A stretch of DNA of 48,613 nucleotides from Myxococcota bacterium (GCA_036338695.1 JAYZBQ010000092.1:1-48613); one strand, 5' to 3'; positions 10,369 through 20,652 are shown, counted from the first letter of the stretch. The notes: generated by a model not told the origin, from the sequence alone. Made by a program: numbers and translations.

Positions 10369-10421
10369 AGTTCACCGCGCTTGCGCTTGACTCGGCGTGG
10401 CAACGCCATGAGGTCAGGACC

Positions 10422-12581
10422 ATGAGATCGTACCGCGTGACGCGCACGGAAGCGTTGAGTTTTGGCTGCACCGGCTTGCTGCTGCTGCTGGCGGCGCAGC
10501 TGCCCGCCATGCGTCACTTAGGGTACCCGCTAGCGGTCGTCACCACGGCGCCTGCGTTCGTATTCGGCGTCATCACGGCGTCGAACGCCCTGCCCGCCTG
10601 GCGCGCCGCCGGGCTTGCCTGGCTCCTGTATGCGCTCGGCGTCGAGCCCATCTGGGGATGCGACACCCTCGGCGGGCTCACCTGGACCCTGCTCGGCCCG
10701 ATCACCGGCGCCGCCTTAGGTCTGGGCGTCGGCCGAACCCTGCGGTACCGTCTCGGGCTGGCGTCGTGGCGCTACGGCGCAGTGGTCGCCGGTCTCATCG
10801 TGCTGGATCTCGTCGCCCTCGCCTGGCGACTCTACGACCAACCTCAGGTCATGGTCCTGGACCCGATCATCGGCTACATCCACGGACCGATCTACGATGA
10901 CTGGGTCCCGATCGAAGGTCCGGTGGTGACGGGGCGGCTCTTGACGCTGGCAGCAGCGGCGGGGCTTGCGGTGTTGAGCGTCCGCCGGACACGCCGCGCG
11001 CTCGACCTTGCGCTGGCGCTCAGCGCCGCATGGTGCCTCACCTTTGACGCCCTACCCAACCGTGGCGACCTCGAGCGGGCGCTCCCACGCGCCATCGAGA
11101 GGTCAGGATTTACCGTCCGGTTTGCGCCGTCGCAGGCGCGCCCTGCGCGCCGCATAGCGGCCGAGGCCGAGGCGCACGTCGCCGACCTCTCGACCCTGAT
11201 CTACGGCGCACCCGAGCCGCCCGAGAAGGTCACGATCTGGCTCTATCCGGACGCTGACAGCAAGCGAAGGCTCATGGGCGCTCGGCACGTGCTCATCGCC
11301 CGCCCGTGGCAAAACGAGATCCACCTCCACCCGACGCGCAGCCCTGACCCGCACCTGCGCCACGAGCTGATCCACGCGCTCCTTGCGCATCAGAGCGATA
11401 ATTTCCTCGGTGTCCCCCTCAACCCGCTGCCCAACCCGGCGCTCATCGAAGGCCTCGCCGTGTACCTTGGGCCGGGGATCAGCCGCATGAGCCTGCACCA
11501 AGCGGCGGCGGCTCTGCACCGGCGTGGGCGCCTACCCTCGCTCAGCGAGCTGCTCGGGCTCCGTTTTAGCCTGGCGCAAGGGCGCACCGCCTACCGCGCC
11601 GCAGGGAGCCTGATGAAGTTTGTCGCCGACCGCTATGGCTTTGACCGGCTGCTCACGGCTTATCATGGCGGCAGCCTCGAGGCGGCGGGGCTCGACTCGG
11701 CTCAGGTCGGCAGGGAATGGCTGACGCTGCTCGAGGAGACGCCAGAGCCCGAACAGGCGCGACGCAGCCTGCTGCGCCTCTATGCGCGTCAACCTCTGCT
11801 CAAGCGCAGCTGCCCCAATGAGGTCGAGGAGGCTTGGCGCCACGCCCAGCGATGGGGCGAGCGCTCGAACGACGAGGTGGAGGCAGATTATCGTGCGGTG
11901 ATGGCGCTCTCAGGGGACTGCCGGCCCTTGGGCAGCCTCGCGGATCGCTACCATCGGCGCGGCGACGCCAAGGCGCGACGCCGGATCGAAGACGAGCTCA
12001 TCCAGCGCGGGCTCAGCAGCGCCCAAGCCGCAACGCTCTTTGAGCGGCGCGCCGATGAAGCCATCGCCGCAGCAGACGTCGCAGCGGCGTCCGCCCATCT
12101 ACGGCGCGCCCTCGCCGCAGCGCCGGCGGAGCACCGTTATCGCGGGTTGCTCGTGCGCGCCTTGACCGAGGAGCACCCCGAGCTCGTACGCGCCGTGGCG
12201 CCCTACCTCACGACAGGGGCAGGCGCCGAGGCGGTCAGCGCTCGGCTCGCGAGCGCGTACCCACAGCTCCCTGCCCCAGCCGCCGCAGCGGCTGCGTATC
12301 TGCTCATGCGTTACCACGGCAACCGAGGCGACTTTGAGCAACTCGAGCTGTGGGGCTTGCGCGCGCAGCCGCTCCCGCGCACGCTCAGCCTCGAGACCGA
12401 GCGCTACCTGGCGCAGCGCGCCGAAGCCCACAACAAGCCTTGCCTGGCGGCCGCCCGCTGGCGGTCGCTGGCGCAGCATCAGCCGGCTGTTGCGGATCGG
12501 CTCGCCGAGCACCTCGCCCGGCTACGCTTTCGAGCGCCGGACGCGCTCTGTCGCGACCTTGCAAGCGCCGGCACCCCGTGA
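10422..12581 (+). CDS. multi-TM protein with gluzincin (peptidase MA-like) domain and helical/TPR-like C-terminus
   Basis: About 6 hydrophobic segments, then HELIH...LIEGLAVY...AYRAAGSLMKF. Confidence 0.75.
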   Translation: MRSYRVTRTEALSFGCTGLLLLLAAQLPAMRHLGYPLAVVTTAPAFVFGVITASNALPAWRAAGLAWLLYALGVEPIWGCDTLGGLTWTLLGPITGAALGLGVGRTLRYRLGLASWRYGAVVAGLIVLDLVALAWRLYDQPQVMVLDPIIGYIHGPIYDDWVPIEGPVVTGRLLTLAAAAGLAVLSVRRTRRALDLALALSAAWCLTFDALPNRGDLERALPRAIERSGFTVRFAPSQARPARRIAAEAEAHVADLSTLIYGAPEPPEKVTIWLYPDADSKRRLMGARHVLIARPWQNEIHLHPTRSPDPHLRHELIHALLAHQSDNFLGVPLNPLPNPALIEGLAVYLGPGISRMSLHQAAAALHRRGRLPSLSELLGLRFSLAQGRTAYRAAGSLMKFVADRYGFDRLLTAYHGGSLEAAGLDSAQVGREWLTLLEETPEPEQARRSLLRLYARQPLLKRSCPNEVEEAWRHAQRWGERSNDEVEADYRAVMALSGDCRPLGSLADRYHRRGDAKARRRIEDELIQRGLSSAQAATLFERRADEAIAAADVAAASAHLRRALAAAPAEHRYRGLLVRALTEEHPELVRAVAPYLTTGAGAEAVSARLASAYPQLPAPAAAAAAYLLMRYHGNRGDFEQLELWGLRAQPLPRTLSLETERYLAQRAEAHNKPCLAAARWRSLAQHQPAVADRLAEHLARLRFRAPDALCRDLASAGTP

Positions 12582-12615
12582 CAAGGAGCCGCCACACCAC
12601 CGGAAGGGGTCACCG

Positions 12616-13083
12616 ATGAGCGAATCTATCGACAGCCTGCAGGCGATCTTTCGAGAGCACCCGGCGGGTCAAGCGGCGGTCAAACCGCTGCGTGCGGGGA
12701 CCAAGGTCGGGCTGCGTATCCACGGCGAGGATCAAGACTACACCTTCGAGCGCACCGCAGACGGCGGCGTCATCTCGGCCGGGCGTGGCGAGGGCACCGA
12801 CTTTGACCTGACCCTCGGCGTCGAAGCGGTCCGCTCGATCTGTCAGACCGAAGGTCACGGCGTCGGTGATTTCGGTGTCGCCTTCCTGAAATGCCTGCTG
12901 CGCTCAGAGGACGAGCAGCGCGTGCAGGTCCGCCTGCACGCCGGTGTGTTTGGGCTAACTCGCAACGGTTACTTAAAGGTTATGGCGCTGGGGGGTCCCA
13001 AGGTGCTCGCCTTCCTCGCCAAAGAGGGCTACATCGGCCCACGTGGAATCGCTAAGGCGATCAAACGCTTACGCTCCAGCTAA
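12616..13083 (+). CDS. SCP2/sterol-carrier-like hypothetical protein
   Basis: GAAGGGG RBS then ATG 12616; beta-strand pattern YTFERT..GVIS..DFDLTL. Confidence 0.55.
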   Translation: MSESIDSLQAIFREHPAGQAAVKPLRAGTKVGLRIHGEDQDYTFERTADGGVISAGRGEGTDFDLTLGVEAVRSICQTEGHGVGDFGVAFLKCLLRSEDEQRVQVRLHAGVFGLTRNGYLKVMALGGPKVLAFLAKEGYIGPRGIAKAIKRLRSS

Positions 13084-13106
13084 CACGCTGACCTCACGGA
13101 GTCTGC

Positions 13107-13565
13107 ATGCGCATCATCCTCTCGCTCACCCTGTTCGCCACGGTCGCCTGCGCTACGCCCCTCAAAGGGCACCAGGTGAACGACAACAAACTCAACCGCG
13201 AGGTCGCCGCCGTAACCGACGCGTACGTTGGCGCCATGCAGGCGCGTGACGCCGAGCGCGTCCTCGCGCTCGTCGCCGACGACTACTTTGAGGACCTCGG
13301 GAACGCCGACTCGTCGGACGATTACGGGCGCAAGGAGCTCGCCAAGAAGCTCACCGAGCGTTTCGAGCAGACCGCTGAGCTCGTGATGAAGGTCCAGCTG
13401 ATCGAGGTCGAGTCGAAGGGCGACTCGGTCATGGCTCGCATGCGCTTTGACGTACGCTACCGCCTCAACCTGCCCAGCGGGAGCCGCTGGGAGCGCCACA
13501 ACGACGTCAACGAGATCGTGCTCACCCGCACGGGCGGCGGGCTCAAGATCAAGAGCGGTCTGTAG
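13107..13565 (+). CDS. NTF2/SnoaL-like (DUF4440-like) lipoprotein
   Basis: Lipobox TVAC; YVGAMQARDAERVLALVADDY; ends LKIKSGL. Confidence 0.75.
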   Translation: MRIILSLTLFATVACATPLKGHQVNDNKLNREVAAVTDAYVGAMQARDAERVLALVADDYFEDLGNADSSDDYGRKELAKKLTERFEQTAELVMKVQLIEVESKGDSVMARMRFDVRYRLNLPSGSRWERHNDVNEIVLTRTGGGLKIKSGL

Positions 13566-13569
13566 CCCC

Positions 13570-15291
13570 ATGCGCGCCAGCCGATTTCTGTTGCCGACGG
13601 CCAAGGAGGCGCCGGCGGACGCGACCGTTGCGTCGCATGTGCTGATGATGCGCTCCGGGATGATCCGTAAGGTCGCCGCTGGGATCTACACCATCTTACC
13701 GCTCGGTCTGCGGACCTTGCGCAAGGTGGAGCGCATCGTGCGTGAAGAGCTCGACCGGGCTGGCTGCCTGGAGGTGACCATGCCCATGGTCATCCCCGCG
13801 GAGCTCTGGGAGACGTCCGGGCGCTGGCAGTTTTACGGGCCGGAGCTCCTGCGCCTCAAAGACCGCAAGGGCGGCGACTTCTGCCTCGGGCCAACGCACG
13901 AGGAGGTCATCACGACGCTCGCTGCGGGCGAGATCAAGTCCTACCGGCAGCTGCCGCTCAACTTGTACCAAGTACAGACCAAGTTCCGAGACGAGATCCG
14001 GCCGCGCTTCGGGCTGATGCGCGGGCGAGAGTTCGTCATGAAGGACGCCTACTCCTTTGACCTCGACGCCGAGGGCGCTCAGGCGAGCTATTGGCAGATG
14101 CACGAAGTCTACAGCCGCATCTTTGCGCGCTGCGGGGTTCGTTTTGCGCCGGTCGAAGCGGACACGGGGAACATCGGCGGCAGCCTCTCCCACGAGTTCC
14201 AGGTCATTGCGGACACCGGCGAGGATGCGCTCGCTGAGTGCGCCAACTGCGGCTACGCCGCCAACATTGAGAAGGCAGCGCTTGCGGCGCCGGCGCCCGT
14301 GCAAGATGCTCGAGATGGCGCCCCGGAGCTTGTCGAGACCCCGGGCGTCGGGACCATCGCCGAGGTCAGCGAGTTCCTAAGCGTCCCGCCCGAGCAGTTC
14401 ATTAAGGCGCTCATCTTCGAGACCGAGAGCGAGCCGGTCATGGCGCTGATGCGCGGGGACCGAGACCTCAACGAGCCCAAGCTGCGCGCCGCGCTCGGCG
14501 TGAACGAGCTCCGGCCGGCGAGCGCCGAGACGATCCTTCGGGTCACCGGCGCGCCAGCCGGCTTCATCGGGCCTGTCGGGATCGAGGGCACGCGCCTGGT
14601 CGCCGATCACGAGGTCCTCGCCATGCCAGCCGCTGTCTGCGGCGCCAACCAGGTCGACCACCACCTGCGCGCAGTGGCGCCCGGGCGCGACTTCGAGGCG
14701 CAAGGTATGGACCTTCGGATCGCTGAGGACGGCGACGCCTGCGGGCGCTGCAGCGAGGGCGCGCTGGCGCTTCGTCGCGGCATCGAGGTCGGCCACATCT
14801 TCTACTTGGGGACCAAATACTCCGTGTCGATGAACGCGACAGTACTCGACACCAACGGGAAAACCACCCCGCTCGAGATGGGGTGCTACGGCATCGGGAT
14901 CGGCCGGACGGCGGCTGCCTGTATCGAGCAAAACCATGACGAGAAGGGGATCTGCTGGCCGGTTCCCCTCGCCCCCTTCGAGGTCCACCTGCTGGCCCTT
15001 GGCAAGCAACCCGAGGTCCTCGAAGCCTGCACGACGCTGTACGAGCAGCTCCAGGCTGCGGGGCTCGAGACCCTCTTCGATGACCGCCCCGAGCGCCCAG
15101 GCTTTAAGTTCAAGGACGCTGACCTGATCGGTCTGCCTTGGCGGGTTGCGCTGGGCAAGCGCAGCCTTGAGAGCGGCGCGCTCGAGGTGATGGAGCGGTC
15201 CAGCGGCGAGCGCTTTGAGGTCTCGGCGGCGGAGCTCGCCGACTTCCTGTCTGAGCGGATCGTGCCGGCGCGCGCAGGGGCGCTCGCCTAA
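13570..15291 (+). CDS. proS: proline--tRNA ligase (bacterial type with editing domain)
   Basis: MRASRF, LGPTHEE, KFRDEIRPRFGLMRGREF, IEVGHIF, MGCYGIG, anticodon-binding DDRPERPGFKFKDADLIG. Confidence 0.98.
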   Translation: MRASRFLLPTAKEAPADATVASHVLMMRSGMIRKVAAGIYTILPLGLRTLRKVERIVREELDRAGCLEVTMPMVIPAELWETSGRWQFYGPELLRLKDRKGGDFCLGPTHEEVITTLAAGEIKSYRQLPLNLYQVQTKFRDEIRPRFGLMRGREFVMKDAYSFDLDAEGAQASYWQMHEVYSRIFARCGVRFAPVEADTGNIGGSLSHEFQVIADTGEDALAECANCGYAANIEKAALAAPAPVQDARDGAPELVETPGVGTIAEVSEFLSVPPEQFIKALIFETESEPVMALMRGDRDLNEPKLRAALGVNELRPASAETILRVTGAPAGFIGPVGIEGTRLVADHEVLAMPAAVCGANQVDHHLRAVAPGRDFEAQGMDLRIAEDGDACGRCSEGALALRRGIEVGHIFYLGTKYSVSMNATVLDTNGKTTPLEMGCYGIGIGRTAAACIEQNHDEKGICWPVPLAPFEVHLLALGKQPEVLEACTTLYEQLQAAGLETLFDDRPERPGFKFKDADLIGLPWRVALGKRSLESGALEVMERSSGERFEVSAAELADFLSERIVPARAGALA

Positions 15292-15304
15292 CCGAGAGGA
15301 GCGC

Positions 15305-15754
15305 ATGAGCATCGACGACGTGCTGCGCACTGCGCTCCTGGTGGGGCTTGGGCTCGCAGCGGGCTACGCGCTGCTCGGCGGGTTGCTGACCCGTGTGAGC
15401 GGGCGCTGGCGAGACGGAGACCGTGAGATCACGCTGCGCCAGTTCGGTCCCTTCCTAAGCGGAGAGGCGCCGCGTCCGGGCGGACGCGAGCGCTACAGCG
15501 GCTTTGCGCTGTGGAATCGCGTGCGGCTGCGGCGCAGCGACAGCGGCGTGGAGTACCTCAAGTCCTTGGGGTTCGCGCCCGAGATTGCGCCGCTGGTCGA
15601 GCACCAGATCATGGCGTCCTTTGACCTCAAGCTCGAGGGCGGGCGCCTGGCAGGCACCTTTCAAGGCCGGATCGTGCGCTCGGAGCGCCGACCGCCGCGC
15701 ATCCTCTCGGTCTCTCTGACGCCGCCGAAACCTCGGACCTGGACGCGGGCGTGA
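15305..15754 (+). CDS. hypothetical membrane-anchored protein
   Basis: GAGGAG RBS, ATG 15305, N-terminal TM; GTGA overlap with the next gene. Confidence 0.65.
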   Translation: MSIDDVLRTALLVGLGLAAGYALLGGLLTRVSGRWRDGDREITLRQFGPFLSGEAPRPGGRERYSGFALWNRVRLRRSDSGVEYLKSLGFAPEIAPLVEHQIMASFDLKLEGGRLAGTFQGRIVRSERRPPRILSVSLTPPKPRTWTRA

Positions 15755-16569
15755 GCGGGCGGATCCTGCTGGGCATTCCGCACGGAGGCTTGCGGCGCCC
15801 GCCCGGTCTTCAAGCGAGCTGGCGCGACGGCGTCAACGGCGAATTTTTGCGCCGCCAATCCGACGCCTACAGCGCCGAGCTCTACAAGGAGCTCGGGGTC
15901 GACTCGGTCTGCTTTGAGTGGTCTCGACTCGTCGTGGATCCAAACCGGTCGCCCTCGAGCCGCGGGCGAGGCGGCGTGGTCCCGCGGGTCGATTTCGACA
16001 ACCGCCCGCTGTACCGCCAAGGGCATGAGCCCACAGAGCAGCTCATCGCCGAGCGGGTTGCGACCTATCACGCCCCCTACCATCAAGCCATCGCTGCGCG
16101 GTTAGCCTCTGGTCGCTATGCGCTCTTTGTCGACGGACACGCCATGGCGGCGGTCGGGCCGGCGCGCAGCCCCGACGGCGCAGCGCCTCGCCCCCTCGCC
16201 ATCGTCGGCAACGGAGGCGACGCCGCAGGCGAGATGGCGCCTGACGCCCGCCCTTTGAGCTGCCCGCCAGCGCTTGCGCGAACCGCGGCACGGCGGCTCG
16301 AAGAGGCGCTGCGAGCCCACCCGAGCCCGGCGGCGCCAGGCTACGTTGCGAGCGAAGGCGAGGTCTGGCTCAACCGGGTGTTTCGCGGCGGTTATGGCGT
16401 CCGCCACCACGGCGCACTCGGCGACGGTCCCTATGCGCTGCAGCTCGAGCTGAACCAAGGCTTATGGTGCCACCCAGAGACCTTTACGCTGCATGAGCAA
16501 CGGCTCGAGTGGATGCGGTCGGTGATCCGATCCTGGCTGCATGCGCTCGAAAACGACATGGGCGCATGA
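15751..16569 (+). CDS. N-formylglutamate amidohydrolase family protein
   Basis: GIPHGG, SRLVVDPNR, YHAPYH, VDGHAM, ALQLELN. Confidence 0.88.
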   Translation: MSGRILLGIPHGGLRRPPGLQASWRDGVNGEFLRRQSDAYSAELYKELGVDSVCFEWSRLVVDPNRSPSSRGRGGVVPRVDFDNRPLYRQGHEPTEQLIAERVATYHAPYHQAIAARLASGRYALFVDGHAMAAVGPARSPDGAAPRPLAIVGNGGDAAGEMAPDARPLSCPPALARTAARRLEEALRAHPSPAAPGYVASEGEVWLNRVFRGGYGVRHHGALGDGPYALQLELNQGLWCHPETFTLHEQRLEWMRSVIRSWLHALENDMGA

Positions 16570-16617
16570 TCGCGCTTGCAACTGGCGCTCGGGGGCACTA
16601 TCCACGCTGCCGCTTGG

Positions 16618-16693
16618 GCCAACTTAGCTCAGTTGGTAGAGCAGCTCATTCGTAATGAGCAGGCCATCGGTTCAAATCCGATAGTTGGCTCCA
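16618..16693 (+). tRNA. tRNA-Thr (anticodon CGT)
   Basis: Acceptor stem GCCAACT/AGTTGGC, D arm AGCTCAGTTGGTAGAGC, anticodon stem GCTCA/TGAGC with loop TTCGTAA, TTCAAAT T-loop, encoded CCA; 76 nt. Confidence 0.97.
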
Positions 16694-16701
16694 GGAATAA
16701 G

Positions 16702-16739
16702 AAGGACTTACGGTGAAAGCTGTGAGTCCTTTTTGTTTT
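16702..16739 (+). terminator. Rho-independent terminator after tRNA-Thr
   Basis: AAGGACTTACGGT-GAAA-GCTGTGAGTCCTT stem (with G:U pairs) followed by TTTGTTTT. Confidence 0.85.
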
Positions 16740-16813
16740 GGACCCCCTTTTCCGCTCCGAGTTTTGAGGCCAACATCAACCGGCGCCGTGCGGGCGCTTG
16801 CTCGGGAGCACCC

Positions 16814-18229
16814 ATGAACCGATCCACCCACTACGCCGCCATCGTGTGGCTCGCTGGCTGGGCGGGGTGCGCCGATACCCCCAGCGCTCCACCCGTCGCC
16901 GACGCTGCGCCCTTTGACGCCGGGCAGGTAAGCGACGTCTCGCAGGCAGCGCCAGACCGAGCAAACCCACCGGTCGATTCGGGGCCCCCAATGGTCGACG
17001 CAGCCTGGATCGAGACGGATACGGGGGCGGACCCTACCCCAGCTGACGCTGGGGCGACACCGGAGGAGCCGGTCAACCTGCTGCGCAACCCAGGTTTTGA
17101 GGACGGCGCGGCGCCTTGGAGCGTCTGGGGCGGCGCCGAGATCGTTCGCTCGAGAGCTCATGAAGGCGAGCGCTCGCTCCAGGTGACTCGTGTCAACGGC
17201 GCAGAACAACGCGTCGAGGACCTTGAACCCAACACCATCTATCGGCTGACCGGCTGGGCGCGCACGGACAACCCCGACCACCCCATCAGCATCGGCGCCA
17301 AAGACCATGGAAACCCCGAGGTCCGGGTGCTGTTCACCGAGGACGCCTACAGCGAGCGCTTTGTCGAGTTCACGACGGGCTTTGGCGCCACCTCAGCGAC
17401 CGTCTACGCCTACAAACACACCGGGGACTCTTTGGCGCACGCGGACAGCCTGTCGCTCGTGCGCGTGGGTCCGGCCTACGGCGAGGCCGTCTGGGCAGAT
17501 GAGTTCGACGGCGTCGGCAGCCCGGACCCCACACGATGGGATTTCGAGGAGGGCTTTGTCCGCAACGAAGAGCTGCAGTGGTATCAAAGGGAGAACGCCT
17601 TTCAGGAGGATGGTTACTTGATCCTCGAGGGGCGTCGAGCCAACCGAGCGAACCCCCGCCATGTCGCCGGCTCAAACGATTGGCGCACGCGGCGCGCAAC
17701 CATCGACTACACCTCGGCGAGCATCCGCACCCGCGACCGATTTGATTGGATGTACGGACGGCTCGTGGTTCGAGCAAAGGTCACGAATGCAACGGGAACC
17801 TGGCCTGCGATCTGGACTCTTGGGGTCGACTGCCCTTGGCCCTCCAATGGTGAGGTGGATGTGATGGAAAATTACGGCGGAGACATCCTCGCCAACTTCG
17901 CTTGGGGCACCCATCAGAGATGGAGCCCTCGTTGGGACTCGTCACGCACTCCGGTCGCTTCGGTCGCTCCGAACTGGACCGAACGATTCCACATCTGGGA
18001 ACTCGATTGGACCGAGGACCGCATGGCGATCTACCTCGACGGTCAGCTGCTCAACGATCGGCCACTAAACAACACGGTCAACGGATCCGCAGAGTGCGCC
18101 GGTGACAACCCCTTCCGCCAGCGTCATTACCTGCTGCTCAACCTGGCTTTAGGCTCCAATGGTGGAAGCGTCGAGCGCCTCGCGTTCCCCACGCGCTACG
18201 TCATCGATTACGTCCGGATCTACCAATAA
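16814..18229 (+). CDS. GH16 glycoside hydrolase lipoprotein with CBM4/9-like module (laminarinase/beta-1,3-glucanase-like)
   Basis: Lipobox WAGC; NLLRNPGFEDG CBM; WADEFDG, NEELQWY, TWPAIW, GEVDVME (ExDxxE), LNLALG, IDYVRIYQ. Confidence 0.9.
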   Translation: MNRSTHYAAIVWLAGWAGCADTPSAPPVADAAPFDAGQVSDVSQAAPDRANPPVDSGPPMVDAAWIETDTGADPTPADAGATPEEPVNLLRNPGFEDGAAPWSVWGGAEIVRSRAHEGERSLQVTRVNGAEQRVEDLEPNTIYRLTGWARTDNPDHPISIGAKDHGNPEVRVLFTEDAYSERFVEFTTGFGATSATVYAYKHTGDSLAHADSLSLVRVGPAYGEAVWADEFDGVGSPDPTRWDFEEGFVRNEELQWYQRENAFQEDGYLILEGRRANRANPRHVAGSNDWRTRRATIDYTSASIRTRDRFDWMYGRLVVRAKVTNATGTWPAIWTLGVDCPWPSNGEVDVMENYGGDILANFAWGTHQRWSPRWDSSRTPVASVAPNWTERFHIWELDWTEDRMAIYLDGQLLNDRPLNNTVNGSAECAGDNPFRQRHYLLLNLALGSNGGSVERLAFPTRYVIDYVRIYQ

Positions 18230-18366
18230 CCGGCCATTTCGTGTGGATGCGCCCAAACTGTCCCGTCATCTGAGCGAATGAGTGCGTGGCGACGGCGCTC
18301 ACAAAATGGTCGCTTTAGTCGATTTTGTGGATTGAAAACGACTGTGCCATTCGGTAGCCTGATGCC

Positions 18367-19050
18367 ATGACAGCACGCTCCTTGCTCGCCCTGCTCCTGA
18401 TCGGCTGCCCGGACATTGCCCCGATCGAGGACGGAAAGTCCTACGGCTCGATCGTGACGATCAAAGACTCGTTTACGAGCTGCTACCTGCTCAAAGCGGG
18501 CGCGCAGGTGATCCTGTTCGACAGCTGCTGGCGACACAGCGCCCTCAAGGCAGGGCTCGATCAACACGGGCTCACCCCCGCGCAGGTGACGCATGTGTTC
18601 ATGACCCACGGACACGGCGACCACGTCGGCGGCTTATCGCTGATGCCGCAGGCAAAGGTCCACGCCCTGCGCCCCGAGCAACCCAATCTGACAGACAACG
18701 GCCGCTGGCATGCTGCCATCGACGAAGTCCTGCGCGACGGGCAAGAGCTGCGCTTCGGGGCGCACACCATCCGCGTGCTCGCCGTGCCGGGCCACACGCC
18801 CGGAACCGCGGTCTACTGGGTCGACGGCGTCGTGATCCTCGGTGACTCGGCGCGGGTCAACACCAAGGGACAGATCGTGTCCGAAGAGGGCTTCTCCGAA
18901 AAGCCCGAGCAAGCGGCGGATTCACTTGCCTCCCTGGCGAGCCGGCTGCAGCGTGAACAGCTCCGCGTCGACTGGTTGGTGCCGGCGCATACCGGCTCGG
19001 CGCGCGGCGTCCAGCCCCTCGTCGACTTCGCCGCATCTCACAGCCGCTAA
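18367..19050 (+). CDS. MBL-fold metallo-hydrolase lipoprotein (glyoxalase II-like)
   Basis: LLIGC lipobox; THGHGDH, PGHTPG, LGD, PAH. Confidence 0.85.
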   Translation: MTARSLLALLLIGCPDIAPIEDGKSYGSIVTIKDSFTSCYLLKAGAQVILFDSCWRHSALKAGLDQHGLTPAQVTHVFMTHGHGDHVGGLSLMPQAKVHALRPEQPNLTDNGRWHAAIDEVLRDGQELRFGAHTIRVLAVPGHTPGTAVYWVDGVVILGDSARVNTKGQIVSEEGFSEKPEQAADSLASLASRLQREQLRVDWLVPAHTGSARGVQPLVDFAASHSR

Positions 19051-19129
19051 CCAGCCGCCGCCAGTTGACGGCTTTCGGTCTCCTCGCCAACCCGCTAGCC
19101 TCTGCGCTCACGGTGTTGGAAGGGTGAGT

Positions 19130-20026
19130 ATGAGGCGCTCGACGAGTCTTTGGGTTGTGATGATGTTCGGCACGCTGGGCTGCCCGGGGGGGCAACCGGA
19201 CGAGACGGGCTGGGATGCGGGCGCCCAAAGGTCGGACAGCGGCTCGGTGGTCGCCGACGCCGGCGAGGACCTGGCTGACGCAGGCGCAGCGCTTACGTTC
19301 ACGGTCACCATTGAGGCGAGCGCAGGTGGCTCAGCCTCGCCTCAAGGAACGCTCGAGGTGGAGTCCGGTGAATCCGTCGTCGTCACGCTGACGCCGGACG
19401 AAGGCTTTGCGCTGCGCGAGGTCACGGGAACCTGCGGCGGCGGCCGTGCAGACCTTGTGTACACCACCGCCCCGGTCGAGTCCGACTGCTTGCTCGAGGC
19501 TTTCTTTGCAGCCGAGCCTACGCCCGAGCCAGCCGCCTACTGCAGCCGGATCCCCGCCGCTCGGCGGGACCTGATCGTCTGCGATCCGGAGCAAAACTTC
19601 GACGACTGGTCGCAAGGGCGCGCCTACCCAACCAACGGCTTGCGGATCCCGCGCGGCAAGGTCGTCGCGTTGCCCTTTACCGCCAACGCGCAAGGCGCCA
19701 GGGGGATCATGGAGATCACCAACAACATGCCGGGGCTCCATGCCAGCGGCTTGATGTGGCACGGCTGGTTCTCTGAGATCCCGGGCGGCGACCGGGTCGA
19801 GGACATCCCCTACTGCCGGCGCTTTAGCCCCAACCCCAACCCGATGCAGATGCGCTGGAACCAGACCGAGCCAGGAGGCAATGAGTGCCACCTCGGCGCA
19901 GCGGTGCGTACGCTCTACTTCAACATGGAGGTCGCCTGCTTTGAGGAGGTCTCGGACCGGTGCACGCCGGGTGTGCGCTACGACGGCGACTACTATGTCG
20001 GCGTCAGCGCTAGGATTCGGGACTGA
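19130..20026 (+). CDS. lipoprotein with divergent InlB-B-like repeat and Cys-containing C-terminal domain
   Basis: TLGC lipobox; TFTVTIEASAGGSASP..VTLTPDEGF..GTCGG..YTT..DCLLEAFF. Confidence 0.65.
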   Translation: MRRSTSLWVVMMFGTLGCPGGQPDETGWDAGAQRSDSGSVVADAGEDLADAGAALTFTVTIEASAGGSASPQGTLEVESGESVVVTLTPDEGFALREVTGTCGGGRADLVYTTAPVESDCLLEAFFAAEPTPEPAAYCSRIPAARRDLIVCDPEQNFDDWSQGRAYPTNGLRIPRGKVVALPFTANAQGARGIMEITNNMPGLHASGLMWHGWFSEIPGGDRVEDIPYCRRFSPNPNPMQMRWNQTEPGGNECHLGAAVRTLYFNMEVACFEEVSDRCTPGVRYDGDYYVGVSARIRD

Positions 20027-20147
20027 CTGGTTCGGCTCGGCAAAAGTCCTGGGCGGCGCTTTGACACGAGGTCCGTTTTCATCGTCAGATGAGGGCATCA
20101 ACGAGGTGACGGCTGATCGTTGAGACACCGCTTTAGGAGCCCATCGA

Positions 20148-20624
20148 ATGATTCGAGTGCTGCTCTTCGCGCCCTTTCTCTGCGGTCTCTCGCCGAGCGC
20201 GCTCGCAGGCGGCATCGAGCCCTTCCCTTCGGTTGCGTACCATCAGGTCAAAGCGTTCTATTTTAATGCCAAGGACGGCCGACCCGAGTGCACCATGCCG
20301 CTTAATGAGGGCAAGCAGCTCTGCTCCTCGGTTGAGAGACCGGGGAGTCGCCTGTCCAAGGCGCAAGCCCGCCAATTGCTCAGCATCCTCAACCAGCCCG
20401 GGTCGTACAATAGTTCGTTCGCTCGGTGCTTTGTCCCGCATCACGCCTTCGTGCTCTATGATCGCGCCGGAAAACCGAGGGCGGAGGTCTCGATCTGCTT
20501 TCGCTGCTCTCGTTTGGCGCTCAGTCCCGGACGCCCTGAGGCGCGGGCGCTCTCTGAGCAAGGAGTGCGGCAGCTGCGCCGTTTGTGTACCGAGCTAGGC
20601 TTGAAGGCCTGCGACTCGGGCTGA
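20148..20624 (+). CDS. hypothetical secreted protein
   Basis: AGGAG RBS; signal peptide ending SALA; CFVPHH and ICFRC motifs. Confidence 0.7.
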   Translation: MIRVLLFAPFLCGLSPSALAGGIEPFPSVAYHQVKAFYFNAKDGRPECTMPLNEGKQLCSSVERPGSRLSKAQARQLLSILNQPGSYNSSFARCFVPHHAFVLYDRAGKPRAEVSICFRCSRLALSPGRPEARALSEQGVRQLRRLCTELGLKACDSG

Positions 20625-20652
20625 GCGCCTGCAACGAGCGCGAGAACCCTAT

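Noticed and set aside
14377..15330. 317-aa minus-strand ORF
   Set aside because: Antisense to proS; no motifs
16576..16604. Sigma70-like promoter for tRNA-Thr (TTGCAA-N17-TATCCA)
   Set aside because: The -10 match is weak; plausible but not supportable
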